Origin: the human T2T-CHM13v2.0 reference genome, Homo sapiens
DNA length: 64,000 nucleotides
Assembly: GCF_009914755.1 (NCBI RefSeq)
Contig: NC_060925.1
Reading direction: 5' to 3' (one strand)
Below the pieces are notes generated by a model that worked only from the letters and a program-made list of their open reading frames with translations, had not been told where the DNA came from and made no database searches. Every line of letters starts with the position of its first letter. Position 1 is the stretch's first letter. The translations under genes and the position numbers were made by a program. Below are positions 44,638-57,260 of this stretch, in pieces.

Positions 44638-45023
44638 AAGCAGGAATCTTTAAAAACAGTTTTAATTTTCTTGTTTACTTTTTTCTTTGGAAATAAACTT
44701 TTCAGCCCATGTTAACAACAACAACAACAAAAAACTGGATTCTGGACAATTTGGTTCAACTGCCTCGATGAATGGTCGTAAGTGAAAATCAGCCAGTGAA
44801 CTCCTAGCAGCTCCTGACTTAGAGTTCCAGCTGCCCACTGGACTTTAGGACCCTGGCTCATGGACACCTCAAAATCAACATCTTCCTAACTCAACTTGTT
44901 ATCTTTCTTTCTTTACCTGCTCCCACTCTTGCATTTTTAAATGCAAGAAAAAAGTGTTGAAAACTTTATTTTCAACGAAAAAATAACCAAGAAAATTAAA
45001 ACTGTTTTTGAAGATCCATGCTT
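44638..45023. repeat. Local inverted repeat, ~66-bp arms (44638-44704 and 44958-45023)
   Basis: Arms align by eye with a perfect 22-bp core aaaaacagttttaattttcttg (44652-44673) against its reverse complement (44988-45009). Confidence 0.9.
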
Positions 45024-45935
45024 GTATTTTAGTTGCCCAATACAGAACTTTGGAATTTTCCCTTTTACTTAGACCAAATTCTTTAGAATCTAATTCAGAA
45101 AATATTTCTTGAATCTACCCTTTCTTTATATCCCTACTGCTACTACCCTTTTTATGTCTCATTTTGTGCATTCACCTATGAATGGTGTTTATTGCATGCC
45201 TATACTATGTAGCACAGGCAATCTGCTCTGTGCTAGGATACAAAGGTGAACAGGACATGATACTTGGGTGCAAGAAACTTAACTCTGTGTGAGGGGTAAA
45301 GAAGGAGACAAAAACAAATAATGATGGCAAAATATGATCTTTTTTACATATGCCATTTTTCTCCTGAGCCATTGCAATAGATCTTGACCTCTTTCTGCCT
45401 TCTTTCTCTCCCTCTTTATCCATTCTCTTCATTGCTAGCAGAATTACCTTCCTAAAATACAGACTGGATCATGATCACAGTCATCTTTGCCTCCCTGTTG
45501 CCTAAAGAATGAAAGCTGTAGTCCTCAGTATGTTGGTTAAGGCCTTTACAAGCAGGCCCAAATCTACCCGTCCACCTCTCCATTCTCTCCCCTTTAGCAT
45601 TGAACACTATGCTTTAGCCACATATAGACTGCTAGTAGGTCTCCAGTATGCCTCATAAACTCTCACATATCTGCCTTTTATTTTCCTGTCCCTTTAGTCT
45701 TGAATGCCCTTCAAATCTCATTCACCCTCTGGCTAGTTCTTACTCATCTTCCAACTCTTACTCATCATTTAAGACTCACCTTCCTCAACTTCCCTACCCC
45801 GAGGCAGAATTAATTACATCCTCCTTTTATATACCATAATTATATAATTTATTTCATTATATTATAGATAATTTATAGACGCCGAATACCCTCTTACCAC
45901 CTACCATAGTTGTCAATATATGTTGAATGATTAAA
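44810..45935 (+). mobile_element. L2 fragments (with a short opposite-strand L2 piece at ~45165-45340)
   Basis: ggacacctcaaaatcaacat, cttcctaaaatacagactggatcatg and tail atatgttgaatga. Confidence 0.65.
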
Positions 45936-46734
45936 AAATATAAAATATTGAAAATATACAGTGCACCACTGTAGGAGGTGTTCTTATTTTTACTGGTAAT
46001 GCCATTGTGAAAAAATAAAAATACTCAGAGTCCCCAAGTGCCTTTCCAGGGTAATAAAAATTCCTGCATTTGGAAATCAAAGGAAGTTTCCATGTCTTTT
46101 TTTACCCTGTCTCTTTCACGTAAAGTTTGGGGATACAGGTTGAGACATTTCTGTTAGGTTATACTGAGTTTACGAGGTATAAGATGGGACCAAATGACCT
46201 CAAGGATTCCCATCAGAGAAGTACGCAGTGGTGAGAGCGGATTCCTCAGGGATGTGGAGGTCAGGAGAAAGTCCCACTTTCACTTCATGGATGCGGCTGA
46301 AGTTCTTTCACAATCTGTTTCATGGTGCTGGTGGTGAGGTATATGCGAATGTGTGTGTGGCAATACTTGGAGATAGTTTGAAACTTAGACATGACATGAC
46401 CTCGACGTGACTCACTAGTTGCTGTCAGCGCATCTTCCCTAATAACTTGATGAGTAAGTGGCAAAATATCTGGCCTAAGCTCTTTTTCCTACCAAACCCT
46501 GCTTTGAGAATGCAAACAAGATGCTTCAGAAAAGAATACGCTCCACATTCAATTAGATAAAGATTTCTCATACATTTGGGAAAAATCACTCAGAAAATTT
46601 TCAGCCCTCATTGCAGATTAATCCCCAGAATTTCGTTTTATAGACTATCCACTATTTCAAAACATTTCCCACAGGGAATTCTATCAATGGGTAGTAAGTC
46701 TCCAGAAGGTTACAGATAGGAGCTGGAATTCTCT

Positions 46735-46736
<2 letters not shown>

Positions 46737-46775
<39 letters not shown>
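46737..46775. repeat. Poly(T)39
   Basis: Uninterrupted run. Confidence 0.97.
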
Positions 46776-46780
<5 letters not shown>

Positions 46781-48317
46781 TAAATTTCCAAGAACTAGAC
46801 CAGATGATCCCTAGACGTGGTTTAGTGTTTTGTGTTTTCAGGCTTTTAGTATGTTGGTGCTGGAAGGGACTTAAGGGAACATCTGGTTCAGGCCCCTCAC
46901 TTTACAAATGGTATCAGGAAAGTTAATGGCTTTTTAAGGTCATCTAGTGTATCAGGAGTGGAGCTAGGACTAGGACTCTCAGGCCCTCTAACCCCTAGCC
47001 AATGGATCATCTTTCCTCCATGCCAAGTTAGACACAAGGCAAATTGCTACACAAGATGAAGAGAAATTTTAAAGAAATACAGGCCTTTCAACACCTTGAG
47101 TATGGATGTGTACCACTGTTTTCCTGAGACCTGAACTTCACTGTAGGACCACCTCTCAAAGGGAGACTTATAAGAGACTTCTGCTGCCAGCCCTTGTCTT
47201 GCACATCATCTTAGAGGACCTGGAGATGTTGATGTGGATAATGGATCAATATTTAACTTATTTAACTTAGATTTTAGGGGCAGGTTAATTCAATGAACTT
47301 AATTGGTATTTGCTCTGTCCTCCCATAACAAACAAGAATCTCTAGCGCATCTCCAACTTTCAGCCTCCTTTATCCCTTAATCATTAAAAACTGCTTTCTA
47401 CTCCCCTGTGAGTGAGTCCTGCTTCCCTCTCTTTCTATCCAGTTCAGGCCCACTCCCACCCTTGCTGCTCCTCAATGGGATGCTTCACCTGAGCCCATGG
47501 AGCCCCAGTTCTATTAACGACATATTCCCCTTAACCTTTCCCTAAAGCCCTTTTTCTGCTTCCTTACCACAACAGACTTGCCTTTTCCCTGGATACTGTT
47601 CTTGCAATCTTCTTCCACAGAGATTTTCCTTCTTCCATTCCCAGTGGAATAAGGAGGGTGGGTAGAGTGAGTTTCTTCATTTCTTTCAAATTGTGCCCAT
47701 CAGTCATCCTCAGGCAATCTCAATACATTTACTTTTATTTTGAAGTTTATCAGTGGCTCACTAAGCCTTCTCTAGGAGTCTATTTTTTCCTGTCTCTTTA
47801 AACCTTGAACAAATACCTCCACTTCCTCAGGCTTTGTAGATAGCCTCAGTCTTTCTTTTGGAGAACACTGAGGCTTTTCCTTCTATTTCAAAGTTTTGAT
47901 GTATTTTCACCCTTTAAAAAAGTCTTTCCTCCTGTTTCAGAGAAAAAAGCCAAAACTTTAAGGCCAACTTCCCCATGGTTCCTGGATTCTTGCCCCTTCT
48001 TTCTCTTGGACATCAAGACCCACATCTCTGAATTGCATATCTTGGTATTTTCTTTTCACTGCATTCAAACTTTCCTCCCCCATGTGCAACGGAATTATCT
48101 AAGGTATTTCAAAATGCAGTATCTTTAGTCTCTTCCAAAAGAGTGCTGTACAGCTAGTGCTCTATCCCCAGTGGCTAAATAAAATTCTTTGGATCTTGTT
48201 CCTTTATCCAGATTCAAAGATTTGGATTATAGGTTTCAGGTTCCAAGGTAATTCTTAAGCACAATAAATGTGAGCCTAGAATCATGTGCAGACTTCTCTT
48301 ACAAAAAATAATCATTC

Positions 48318-48911
48318 TGTATTAGCTACCTATTGCTGTATAATGAATTATCCTACAATTTGGTGGCTTAAAACAACACTAATTATCTCAGTTTTCTATA
48401 GGTCAGGAGACAGCATGTGGCTAAGCCAAGTTCTCTGCTTCCAGGTGTCTCACAGCAGCAGAGTGCTGGCTGTGGTGGCTGTCCTTGTCAAGGCTCAATG
48501 AGGGAAGGATCCGCTTCCAAGCACATTCATGTGGTCTGGCAGCTCTCAGTTCCTTGTGGGCTGCTGGTCTGAGGGCCTTATTTCTTTGACGGTTGTTGGC
48601 TGAAGGTCATTCTCAATTCCTTACCATATGGGCCTCTCCTTAGGGGAGCTCATAACATGGCAGCTTGCTTCATCTGAGTGAGTAAAACTGAGAAAAATTA
48701 GAGAAATGGGGAAAGAAGGAGAGCGCAATCAGACAAAAGTCATGGTCTTTCATAACCCAGTCTCAGACATGTCATCTCATTCATTTTGCCATGTTCTATT
48801 TATTAGAAGTGAATCACTAGGTCTGGCCCATACACAAGGGGAGGAGATTAAACAAAGATGTGAGCATTGGGAGGAGGATTATTGGGATCGTTTTAGATGC
48901 TGACTGTCATA
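48318..48911 (-). mobile_element. MaLR solo LTR (MLT1F/MLT1G-like)
   Basis: tgtattagctacctattgctgtataat...ggaaggatccgcttccaagc...gaatcactaggtctggcccatacacaagggg. Confidence 0.8.
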
Positions 48912-49464
48912 TACCTCAACCCCAAAATCTTTTCTTTAAATGCTGCCCATTTAAGTCGTCAACCTAGTTTTCTCCTTATATTTAGCACTCAGCTTTCTCT
49001 GGAGAAGAATATGAACTGGTAGCCTTCACTCCTAACCACATACTCTCTCCTGAACCTATCCCATTGCGGCTTCCACTCTCACCACTTTGCATCACGATTT
49101 TCTTGATTCTAAGTGAACTCCTGACTGCCAAGTTCTTCTTTCCTCCTCCTCTATCTGGTCTCTTTCAGCATTGGATTGCCCCTTTTTTCTTAAGATTCTC
49201 TCCTCTTTGGCCTCCATGATATTCACCTTTGTCTACTCTTCTACTGACTCCTGCCCCACAATTTTGACCAGTTATTACACTATTCTGTACATATTATTTG
49301 TATGTGAATAGGACATATTATCTGAGGGAGATCCAAAAAGTTTTGGGAACAGCTCAATATTTCATGGGGACAGAGAAATGACAGGTCTACTAAGCCTGTT
49401 TGGAAAGACAGTAAGAGAGAAATAAGATTGCTTTAAAAATGCACATTATCACCTGTCAAGGAGA

Positions 49465-49730
49465 CTTGATCAAATTCAGTGTGGTACTCTGGATGGGATT
49501 CTGGAAGAGGAAAAAGACGCTAGGTAAAAACTAATGAAATATGAACAAAGTAGGCACTTTACTTAACAATAAGTAATCAATATTGTTTCATTAATAACAA
49601 ATGTACCATACTCATGTAAGATGTTAAAAATTGGAGAACTTGAGTGTGAGGTATATAAGAACTCTGTACTCTGTTCATAGTTTTTCTGTTAATCTAAAGC
49701 TGTTATAAAATTAAAAGTTTATTTTTTAAA
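49465..49730 (+). mobile_element. L1MC-type 3' end
   Basis: tggatgggattctggaagaggaaaaagac...aatctaaagctgttataaaattaaaagttt. Confidence 0.75.
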
Positions 49731-52115
49731 ATGTGTCTTAACAAGTTCCACTCTTTGTGTGGAAAGGTCACTCTAGTATTATGGGCATTTACATATTTGT
49801 CTCATGTCTCTACAAGATCCTCCCTTCAGGTTTGTGATCACCTTTGTAATCCTTAGAACTAAGCCCAGGGCATTGCATGGTCTGCAAGTAATTGTTGAAT
49901 GAATGAGTGAATGAGTGAATGATTGTGAAATACCAGAGTGAACTCTTGGACAGGACGTTCTGTAAGGACATAATTAACCTGATTGAAGCCAAGGATAATG
50001 GGAATGATTTACTGGCCTTTGTCTTCAGTTCATTCGGTTCAACCAAACCTCTAAAGTGGCCTGTTTCCACTTTCTTCTTCAAATTACATGTTCCTGCTCT
50101 GTTTTTATCTCTGTCACTTCCTTTTCTTTCTTTCCTTTTTTTCTCTCTATTATTGTTTCTTTTACTGTGGTGCACTTTCCACTCATTTTGACCCAAACAA
50201 TAGTTATCCTTCTTAATGTGTTGTGGTCTAGTGGAAAGCTTCTTGAGCGTCAGTGATGAGCTCAGATTGAAGGACATGGAGAAAAAGACATTTGGCTGTG
50301 GATGCATGCCACCCAGGTAATCAAGATCCTGGATCCAGCTCTGTGGCACTTCCCATGGAACTACTCAAAATTGACTTGTCTTTACTAGCATTAGACAATT
50401 AGACTTAATCCCCAAATTTCATCTTTTTGGAACAATTGTTTTGATTTCCATTAGCTACAGTTTTAGTGTTTGCTCATGGATATGGTTGTCAAATAGAGAG
50501 GAAAGTCTCTTCTTTAATGATCACTCATGGAGCTCCCATCTCCACATGATACCAAACATTTGTGTATTTAGAAATATCTGGATGATTGGCCACATTTTTC
50601 TGCTTCTTTCTCCTTCTCCTCTTTCTCCAAGCACATTCTCTTCTCCTTCTCTTCCATCCTCTCCTCCTCCTCCTCCTGTTTCTTCACCTCTAGATAAATG
50701 GCTTGCTTATTCATGGACTTGGGTTTTCCTGGACCTTGCTAAGTGTCCTCTTTCTGTTTCTTTCTTCATGAGTCAAACAAACAAACAAAACATACCATCC
50801 TCTGTAAAGGAAGCTAGTGCTATTGGCTAATGCTCAAAAGGATGGATGGGGGTCAGCTGGTTTCTAGTGGCTTTAATCGGCTGTCCAGGGTTTAAGTCCA
50901 GTCTGTTACATGAGAACAAATGCAGTTAATTAGACCACAAGGTTTTGACTTTGACCACACTATTTTCTGATCCTCTGACTTAACTGGTTATAGATTACAA
51001 TTTTAAAATGCTTGTATTTTTATAGTGCTTTATGGTCTTCAAGAACTGTATCTCAGTCTCACAGTCTTTAGACATCATTCTTGCAGGAATCCTAGTTCTC
51101 AGGTTTTCAATCCAGCATGGTACTGGGTGGAAAGTGTCACTGTAGCATACTGGCTGTTGGGAGAGAACTAAGCTTGGAGTGGGCTTCCTTGGACTGTGTT
51201 TCAGAGTGATGAAGGCTAACTATAAGGCCCAGGAAGGAATTTATGACCCTTCATGGAAGCAGGGACTGCATCTGCCCTTTTAATGCTCTATCCTGGTACC
51301 CAGAACAGTGCATGGCAGCAAGTATGCACCCAGAGAAAGTTGGCACATCTCTTATTCTTGTTGGAGGTGAGAGCAGGAAGCTAAAATGGGCAGAAGGTGT
51401 AGTTTACTCTCATCATCCACGTCCCAAAATATAGGCTTTGGTCAGCAGTCTTGGGGAAATTGTTGTTCCCAAATTGCTTCTATCTGTAGGAGAGGGATGG
51501 GCTTGGCTCCATTCCCACATCCCTTCTTATGTTGACAAGGTGATGAGTTGTTAATTAGATTAGCCACAATCCTAGACATAGAGCCACATTTACCAGTGGA
51601 CCAGATTTGAAGGACAACAAACTGGTGTGTTTGCCAACCCACACATGTTTGTGGGGGCTCATCTTGTGGTTTTCCATGACTGGCCAGAAGGTGGTAAGAC
51701 CCTTAAGCCATCGGACTGAACCAGGAAGCTCTGCAGTGGAGTTTCAGGCCCAAACCCATTTAAATGGTTATGTAGTGGTATGTTGGTTTTCTCTTTGCCA
51801 TTTTTCCTCATGTTCACATCTTTCCTGGAAACTCACAAAAAGGAGGGGTGGCTGAGTCAAAGCAGGTCTTGGATACTCCTTGGGCAGGACTCCCCTCCCA
51901 ACTAAGAGCTCTCAACCTCACCCAGGTTTCTAATGGAATCACTATTGGAGGTGCTATTCTCCCACTGCTCTGTAGTGTCGCTTTAACCTGATACAAACAT
52001 CAGTCACCAATGAACACCTCTGTGTGTAGAAGATCTCACAGAATATTCGTCCACTTATTCTCTCCTTTTCCTCCCATCTCCAGGCTTGTCTGCTGTAGCT
52101 TCTGGAAATAAGCAG

Positions 52116-52572
52116 TCTATTAGTTTCCTGTGGCTCCTGTAGGAAATTGCCACAAACTTGGTGGCTTAAAAACAGTTTTTATTTCACAGTTCTGGAACCT
52201 GGAAGTCCAAAATCAAGGTATTGGCAGGGCTGTGCTCCCTCCAGAGGCTCTGAGGGGAGCATCCCTCCATGCCTCCTGAGATTCTGGTGGCTGCCAGCAT
52301 TCCTTGGCTTGTGTTCACATCACTCCAATCTTTGCCTCTATCTTCACATGCCATCCCCTCTCCAGTGGGTGTCAAATATCTTTCTGCCTCCCTCTCAAAT
52401 ATATATAGTGATGACATTTAGGGCCCACCTAGATCATCCAGGATGATCTCTCCATTTCAAGATCTTTGACTTAGTCACATCTTCAAAGATTCTTTTTCCA
52501 AATAAGGTAATATTTATAGGTTCTAGGGACCAGGACCTGCTAACTTTGGGGCCCCCTATTCAGCCCACTACA
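52116..52572 (-). mobile_element. MaLR solo LTR (MLT1C-like)
   Basis: tattagtttcctgtggctc...ccacaaacttggtggcttaaaa...attcagcccactaca; degenerate TSD agcag/agaag. Confidence 0.85.
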
Positions 52573-53889
52573 AGAAGACTCTAGAATTTTGCTTTCACTT
52601 CTTTTTCTGTATAAATGCCCTTATATAAAGAGAGCAGCATGTCCACAACTAAATTTCTTTGAACAGGCTAAGCCCCCAGGTTTTGTTCTTGGGTATGGTG
52701 CTAGAAATGCCTTGCTAAAGGACAAGTGGCCTCTCACTTCTTCCAGTTGTTGCAACTTATTCTAAATTATAATAGAACACACAACTTTTAGCTGTGACCG
52801 CAGGACTTCCATGCAGGGTCTACATTACACCAACATCTGGATGAAAAGCAAAAAACAAACAAACAGAAAAACCCCAGCCAATTAACCAGATGCTTCTTTC
52901 CAAGCATCTAGATGTTTGGCTCTTGTATTTGGGATGCGGGAAACTTCACAGGCAGTCCTGAGTAAAGAAGAGGCAAGTTTCCCTTCACCCAGATGGGACA
53001 GGACTGAGGGAGATGATGGGGCCAGTCTTCTGGGGGGGGGGCAGGGTTGTTGGTGGTCTGGAGTTGAAGGCCCACCTTCAGCAGTGGGTGAGATGAAAGG
53101 GAAGAAGGTGAAACTTCTGAATTGTGTCCAGGAACTTGGAGTGGAGGTGGACTCTGTGGAGAATGAAGACAGAACTAGCTGCAAATGTGAGCTCCTGGCC
53201 CCTCTGAGCAGCCATATTAAAGATCAAAGGGACAAAGCCTGTGCATTCCAGATGGAATCAGGCAGCAAAGCACAGCTACGAAAGCATTCTTGGCTGTCAT
53301 ACCCTCGAGTGCCATGAGCAGGCTCTTTGCTCAGCACTCTGTTCTACCTACTGAGTCAAGAAAGCTCCTTTTAGTCTTCACAGGGTCAGGGATGTGGCAG
53401 GGAAGATTTTCAGTGCAATCAAAACAAGATGCTTCAGTGCAGTGGCTCCTCTCTGCTTCCCTGGGGACAACTGGGGGCCTTTGGGAATAGGAGAATGGGG
53501 TGGGGGAACTCGGTCTCCTTGGTTTCTGGCCTTTTGAGAGCAATTTAGCCAATTCATATTTAGGCCAGGTCTTTTTGAACAGTCACCTGGTTGACAGCCC
53601 ATTTTCTCTTTGGGGACTTTCTGAGAGCTCAAGATTCCAGGCTCCTGGTCAGAGTGTGCTTGACCAAAGGAGGGCAGAGAAGTTGTTTGGGTCTGAGCCT
53701 CCAGGCCTTTTTTTTCTGGGATGATGGTGTGATTTCTCCTTGTCTCAAATGACAGCAACTTCTATTACCCCCCCTCCCTGCCCACAGTCGCTAGCTTGGA
53801 TGTTAGATTGGCTAGCATATGCAGGCCATGTCAACTTGGTAATAGCTCAGCCAAAGCTAACATCCAGATGGGCCACTGGCATCAGTGTA

Positions 53890-54095
53890 ACTGGGTATTA
53901 AGAGATAAGCTCTGAACTTAGTGGCTCTGCCATTTACTAGCTGTGTGACCTTGGACCTTGGCTTCTTCCTCTGAAATGTGTGATGATAATGCCCACCTGT
54001 TAAACTATTTGGGAGGACTACATGAGATAAATTTTGTAAAGCACTAGCTCTGTGGCTGGACTATAAATATGATGCTCAATAAATGCTATTTTTAT
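53890..54095 (+). mobile_element. MIR
   Basis: ggctctgccatttactagctgtgtgaccttgg...gctcaataaatgctat. Confidence 0.85.
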
Positions 54096-54202
54096 TGATT
54101 GTAAAAGTACTTCTCAGAGAAAGCCCATTTTTTCCTCTTTTTTGTGCTTCCCTCCACTTGCCTTCCTTCTAGGATTCTACATCTAGGAACCAAAAATTAG
54201 AG

Positions 54203-54203
54203 G

Positions 54204-54244
<41 letters not shown>
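54203..54244. repeat. (GA)n microsatellite
   Basis: Direct reading. Confidence 0.95.
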
Positions 54245-54249
<5 letters not shown>

Positions 54250-55356
54250 GACACCACAGATTCTTCCAGGGGCCCTCTCACCCTGGCTGGAAGCTTATTT
54301 GTAAAGCAGTTTTGGGTCACCCATGCTCTGAGGCAATTAATTATTTTTAGAAATTTCTAAATTCCAACTAAAGAAAAAAATATGAACCACCATTATGGTT
54401 CCCAGGTAGAGTTAAATCCAACTGGTGTGTTAATATGTCTTTCCTACAAAAAGTCGTGGTGCCAGATCTTTGGATCAAGCTGCTGCATATTCTCTTCACT
54501 CTCCACCTTTATCTTACCCTATCTCCTTCCTGAGGCTCAGGTTTCCAGTTTTTCTGATACGTCAAACTTATTCTTCACATGTGGGTCATGCCTATCTGAT
54601 TTTGGAAATCCTAATGAAGCAGAATCCCTTGTTCATAGTAGGTGCTCAGTGAAATTAGGTTAAATAGTTTAGCTTGTTTTCAAGGCAGCCTATGAGTTTT
54701 GTTAGCAAGCTTCTTTCTTCATGACAGGAAGGATGTGCTCATGACTATCTGTAAAGTTAGTGCGTGATTGCCCAGGTGGGGTGGTTTAGAGGTGCAAGTA
54801 AAGGCCCCCCACTTATATATAGAGCCCACCTTCACCTGCCAGCTAGAATAGATGGTGTATGAGCTTTAGAGTCCACATCCTGGCTTCCAAAACCAGCTCC
54901 ACTGTGCACTGTGTGGCCTTGGGCAGGCTCATACCCTGAGAACCTTGGTTACCCCATCTATAAAATAAAGATAGTAATATATATCTCAAGGGTGCTGATA
55001 AAGCTTAAATGGAACAAAGTAATGTATATGCCTGAACATAAGTGAGAATTTATCCAAACGATTCCGTGGAAGAAACCTTATATTTGAGACTGCACAAACG
55101 CTGGAATATAATGGGGAACTCTCTCAATTAGGTTATTTTGAACAATAAGGTAGTGTTTGGGTAAGGCCCAGCCTGAAACAATCTCAATGCCCATTTGAGG
55201 GGCTTTAGAGATTTTTAGATAGAATCTATGGGATAAAAAAAGGACAGTAATTATTACTGGAAATGAGGCTTCTCACTTGCAAGTGATGGATGTAATGGTA
55301 AATAAGCCCTTTGAAGATCATTCTTAGATCATAAATACCTACCTATGAGAAAACAA

Positions 55357-55629
55357 GGCCAGGTATGGTAGCTCGTGCCTGTAATCCCAGAATTTTGGAA
55401 GGATTGTTTGAGGCTAGGAGTTAAAGACCAGTTACGGACCCTGCCTTTAAAAAAAAATTAGCTGAGCATGGTGGGGCATGCCTGTAGTCCCAGCTACTCA
55501 GGCAGGGGGATCACTTGCATTCAGGGGTTCAAGGCTGCAGTGAGCTATGATCGCTCAACTGCACTCCAGCCTGGGTGACAGAGTGAGACCCTGTCTCTAA
55601 GAAAGCAAACAAACAAAAAAAGGAAAAAA
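55357..55629 (+). mobile_element. AluJ with several small internal deletions
   Basis: aggctgcagtgagctatgatc and gagaccctgtctc J-type diagnostics; A-rich tail. Confidence 0.9.
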
Positions 55630-56769
55630 GTATGTATATAACAGTTCTGATGTTATAAATTGTGAATTGCTTTTCTCCTTCCTTCCTTCCTTCCTTCCTT
55701 TTCTCCTTCTGTGGCTTGGGATAAAATTTCCAGTGACAGGCTTATGTATGATCTTGAAAAACATACATGGAAGAAGTTGAAATGCTCTAGAAAACAAAGT
55801 CTGATAACTCAGAAGGTGGCTTCAGGGAGGTCAGGACACTGGTATTGGAAATGAATATGAGAAGTTTGAATACAACTGTTTCATGAACTGTGGGTGTGGA
55901 AAATAACATTTTAAAATATATCATTTTATATACTGTGTGATTTCAAATATTTTTCTAATTAAATGTTCTATTGTAAGTGGACATTTACCTATCTCATCTA
56001 CTGCCCTATATGTCTATATATTAAAATTGGGGAAAGTTCTTTTGGGGTAGCACAGGTCCCTGGGGACTGTAAGGGACTGGGGGATATTTTTTCTTCTGTA
56101 TCCACTTCACTGCACATGTCAGCTTCTTTCCTCCCTCACTGTGATTTGCCTTCTGAGCTTTCCTGGTCATGTCAAGGGAAAAATGGCTCCCACAACTCCA
56201 CAGTTTTTATGTCTTACTTGTTGAAGGCTTTGGTCCACACCGATACTGGAATTGCTGAGCCTCTATTCAGTGTTTTCCCAGGTGAGATTCAGGCTGTCCT
56301 GGGTCAGGTCAGGGGTTCAGCCCTGGACCACTGAGCTGTGGCCAGGGCCACTTTGTACAGACATGGCTTCCGGGAGCTTGTCCCTCCCACCCTAAGTTCG
56401 GCTGGCAACAAAGTGTCCAGTGTCAGGGACAAGACATTTCTAGGGGTCCTGAAGACATTTACAGGGACTGAATTCAGTATGAGATGGGGGTTTTTGAGCA
56501 GTGAGCTATGTCTGAGGAAAGTTGATCTGGTAATAATGTAAGGAACAATTTCAGAGGTGAATAACAATTTACTAGGAATTATTTTATGGGATTGGGGGAG
56601 GAGAATTGGGAAGGCTTTGGGGCCTTCAAGAGTTTTCTAATAATAAATTGCAAAAGGTAGGGAGGGAACTGCCTTTTTTGCAGTTATCCCCTGTGAGTTG
56701 ACAAAAACATGGTGGCAGTGAGGGGAAAAGAAGCCAGAGGAGAGAGGCTTCATGAAAAAGACCTGTGGT

Positions 56770-57260
56770 AGGGCTTGGGGTGGGGCGCGCTGCTCAGCCT
56801 TGGTCCTGAGCCCCATCTCACCAGGGTGCTCCTGGTGAGGTGGAAGTGCGGTTGCTGATAGCTGACAGGCCTGGCTAGGAAGCAGAGCTCTTGGCCTGAC
56901 ACACCAGGGGCAGGCTGGGCTTCACCTCTGTGGGCAAGGCAGCAAGCAGTGAGCCAGGGCAGCGTGACAGGACAGTGTGGTGACAGACCATAGTGAAACG
57001 TGAGGGGAGCCCTGAGTCACTGCATTTGGTGGAGTCCACTGAGTGTGCGGTGTAGATAAAGACACCCACGAGCGCACTCCACAGCCCTCATCCAGGAGAG
57101 CAGGCCCACTGGGGCCAGGCGGTGACTCAGAATGCAGCCACGTAGATAACCGCTGACTCAGTTATAAATTCCTTAGCTCCCTCCGCAGGCCTGGGTTTGA
57201 GGGACAGGTGACTCACAGACTGACCCTCTCTTTGGTCTGGTTTTTCAGAGGGTTATCTTT
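56770..57260. promoter_or_regulatory. Candidate enhancer/promoter (4 AP-1 sites, GATA sites, GC box, TATA-like box)
   Basis: TGASTCA at 57013, 57123, 57154 and 57209; AGATAA at ~57054, ~57144 and reverse ~57253; TATAAAT at 57163; retained CpGs. Confidence 0.65.

Larger units (their letters stand above)
47400..49925 (+). mobile_element. Long degenerate L2 relic interrupted by an MLT1 LTR and an L1MC fragment
   Basis: Pyrimidine-rich L2 body (gcggcttccactctcaccact; ttggcctccatgatattcacc) and tail ttgttgaatgaatgagtgaatgagtgaat. Confidence 0.55.

Noticed and set aside
49810-50349. 179-aa minus-strand ORF and overlapping hydrophobic plus-strand ORFs
   Set aside because: They span an L2 tail (HSFTHSF) and a T/C-rich low-complexity tract, with no recognisable domain.
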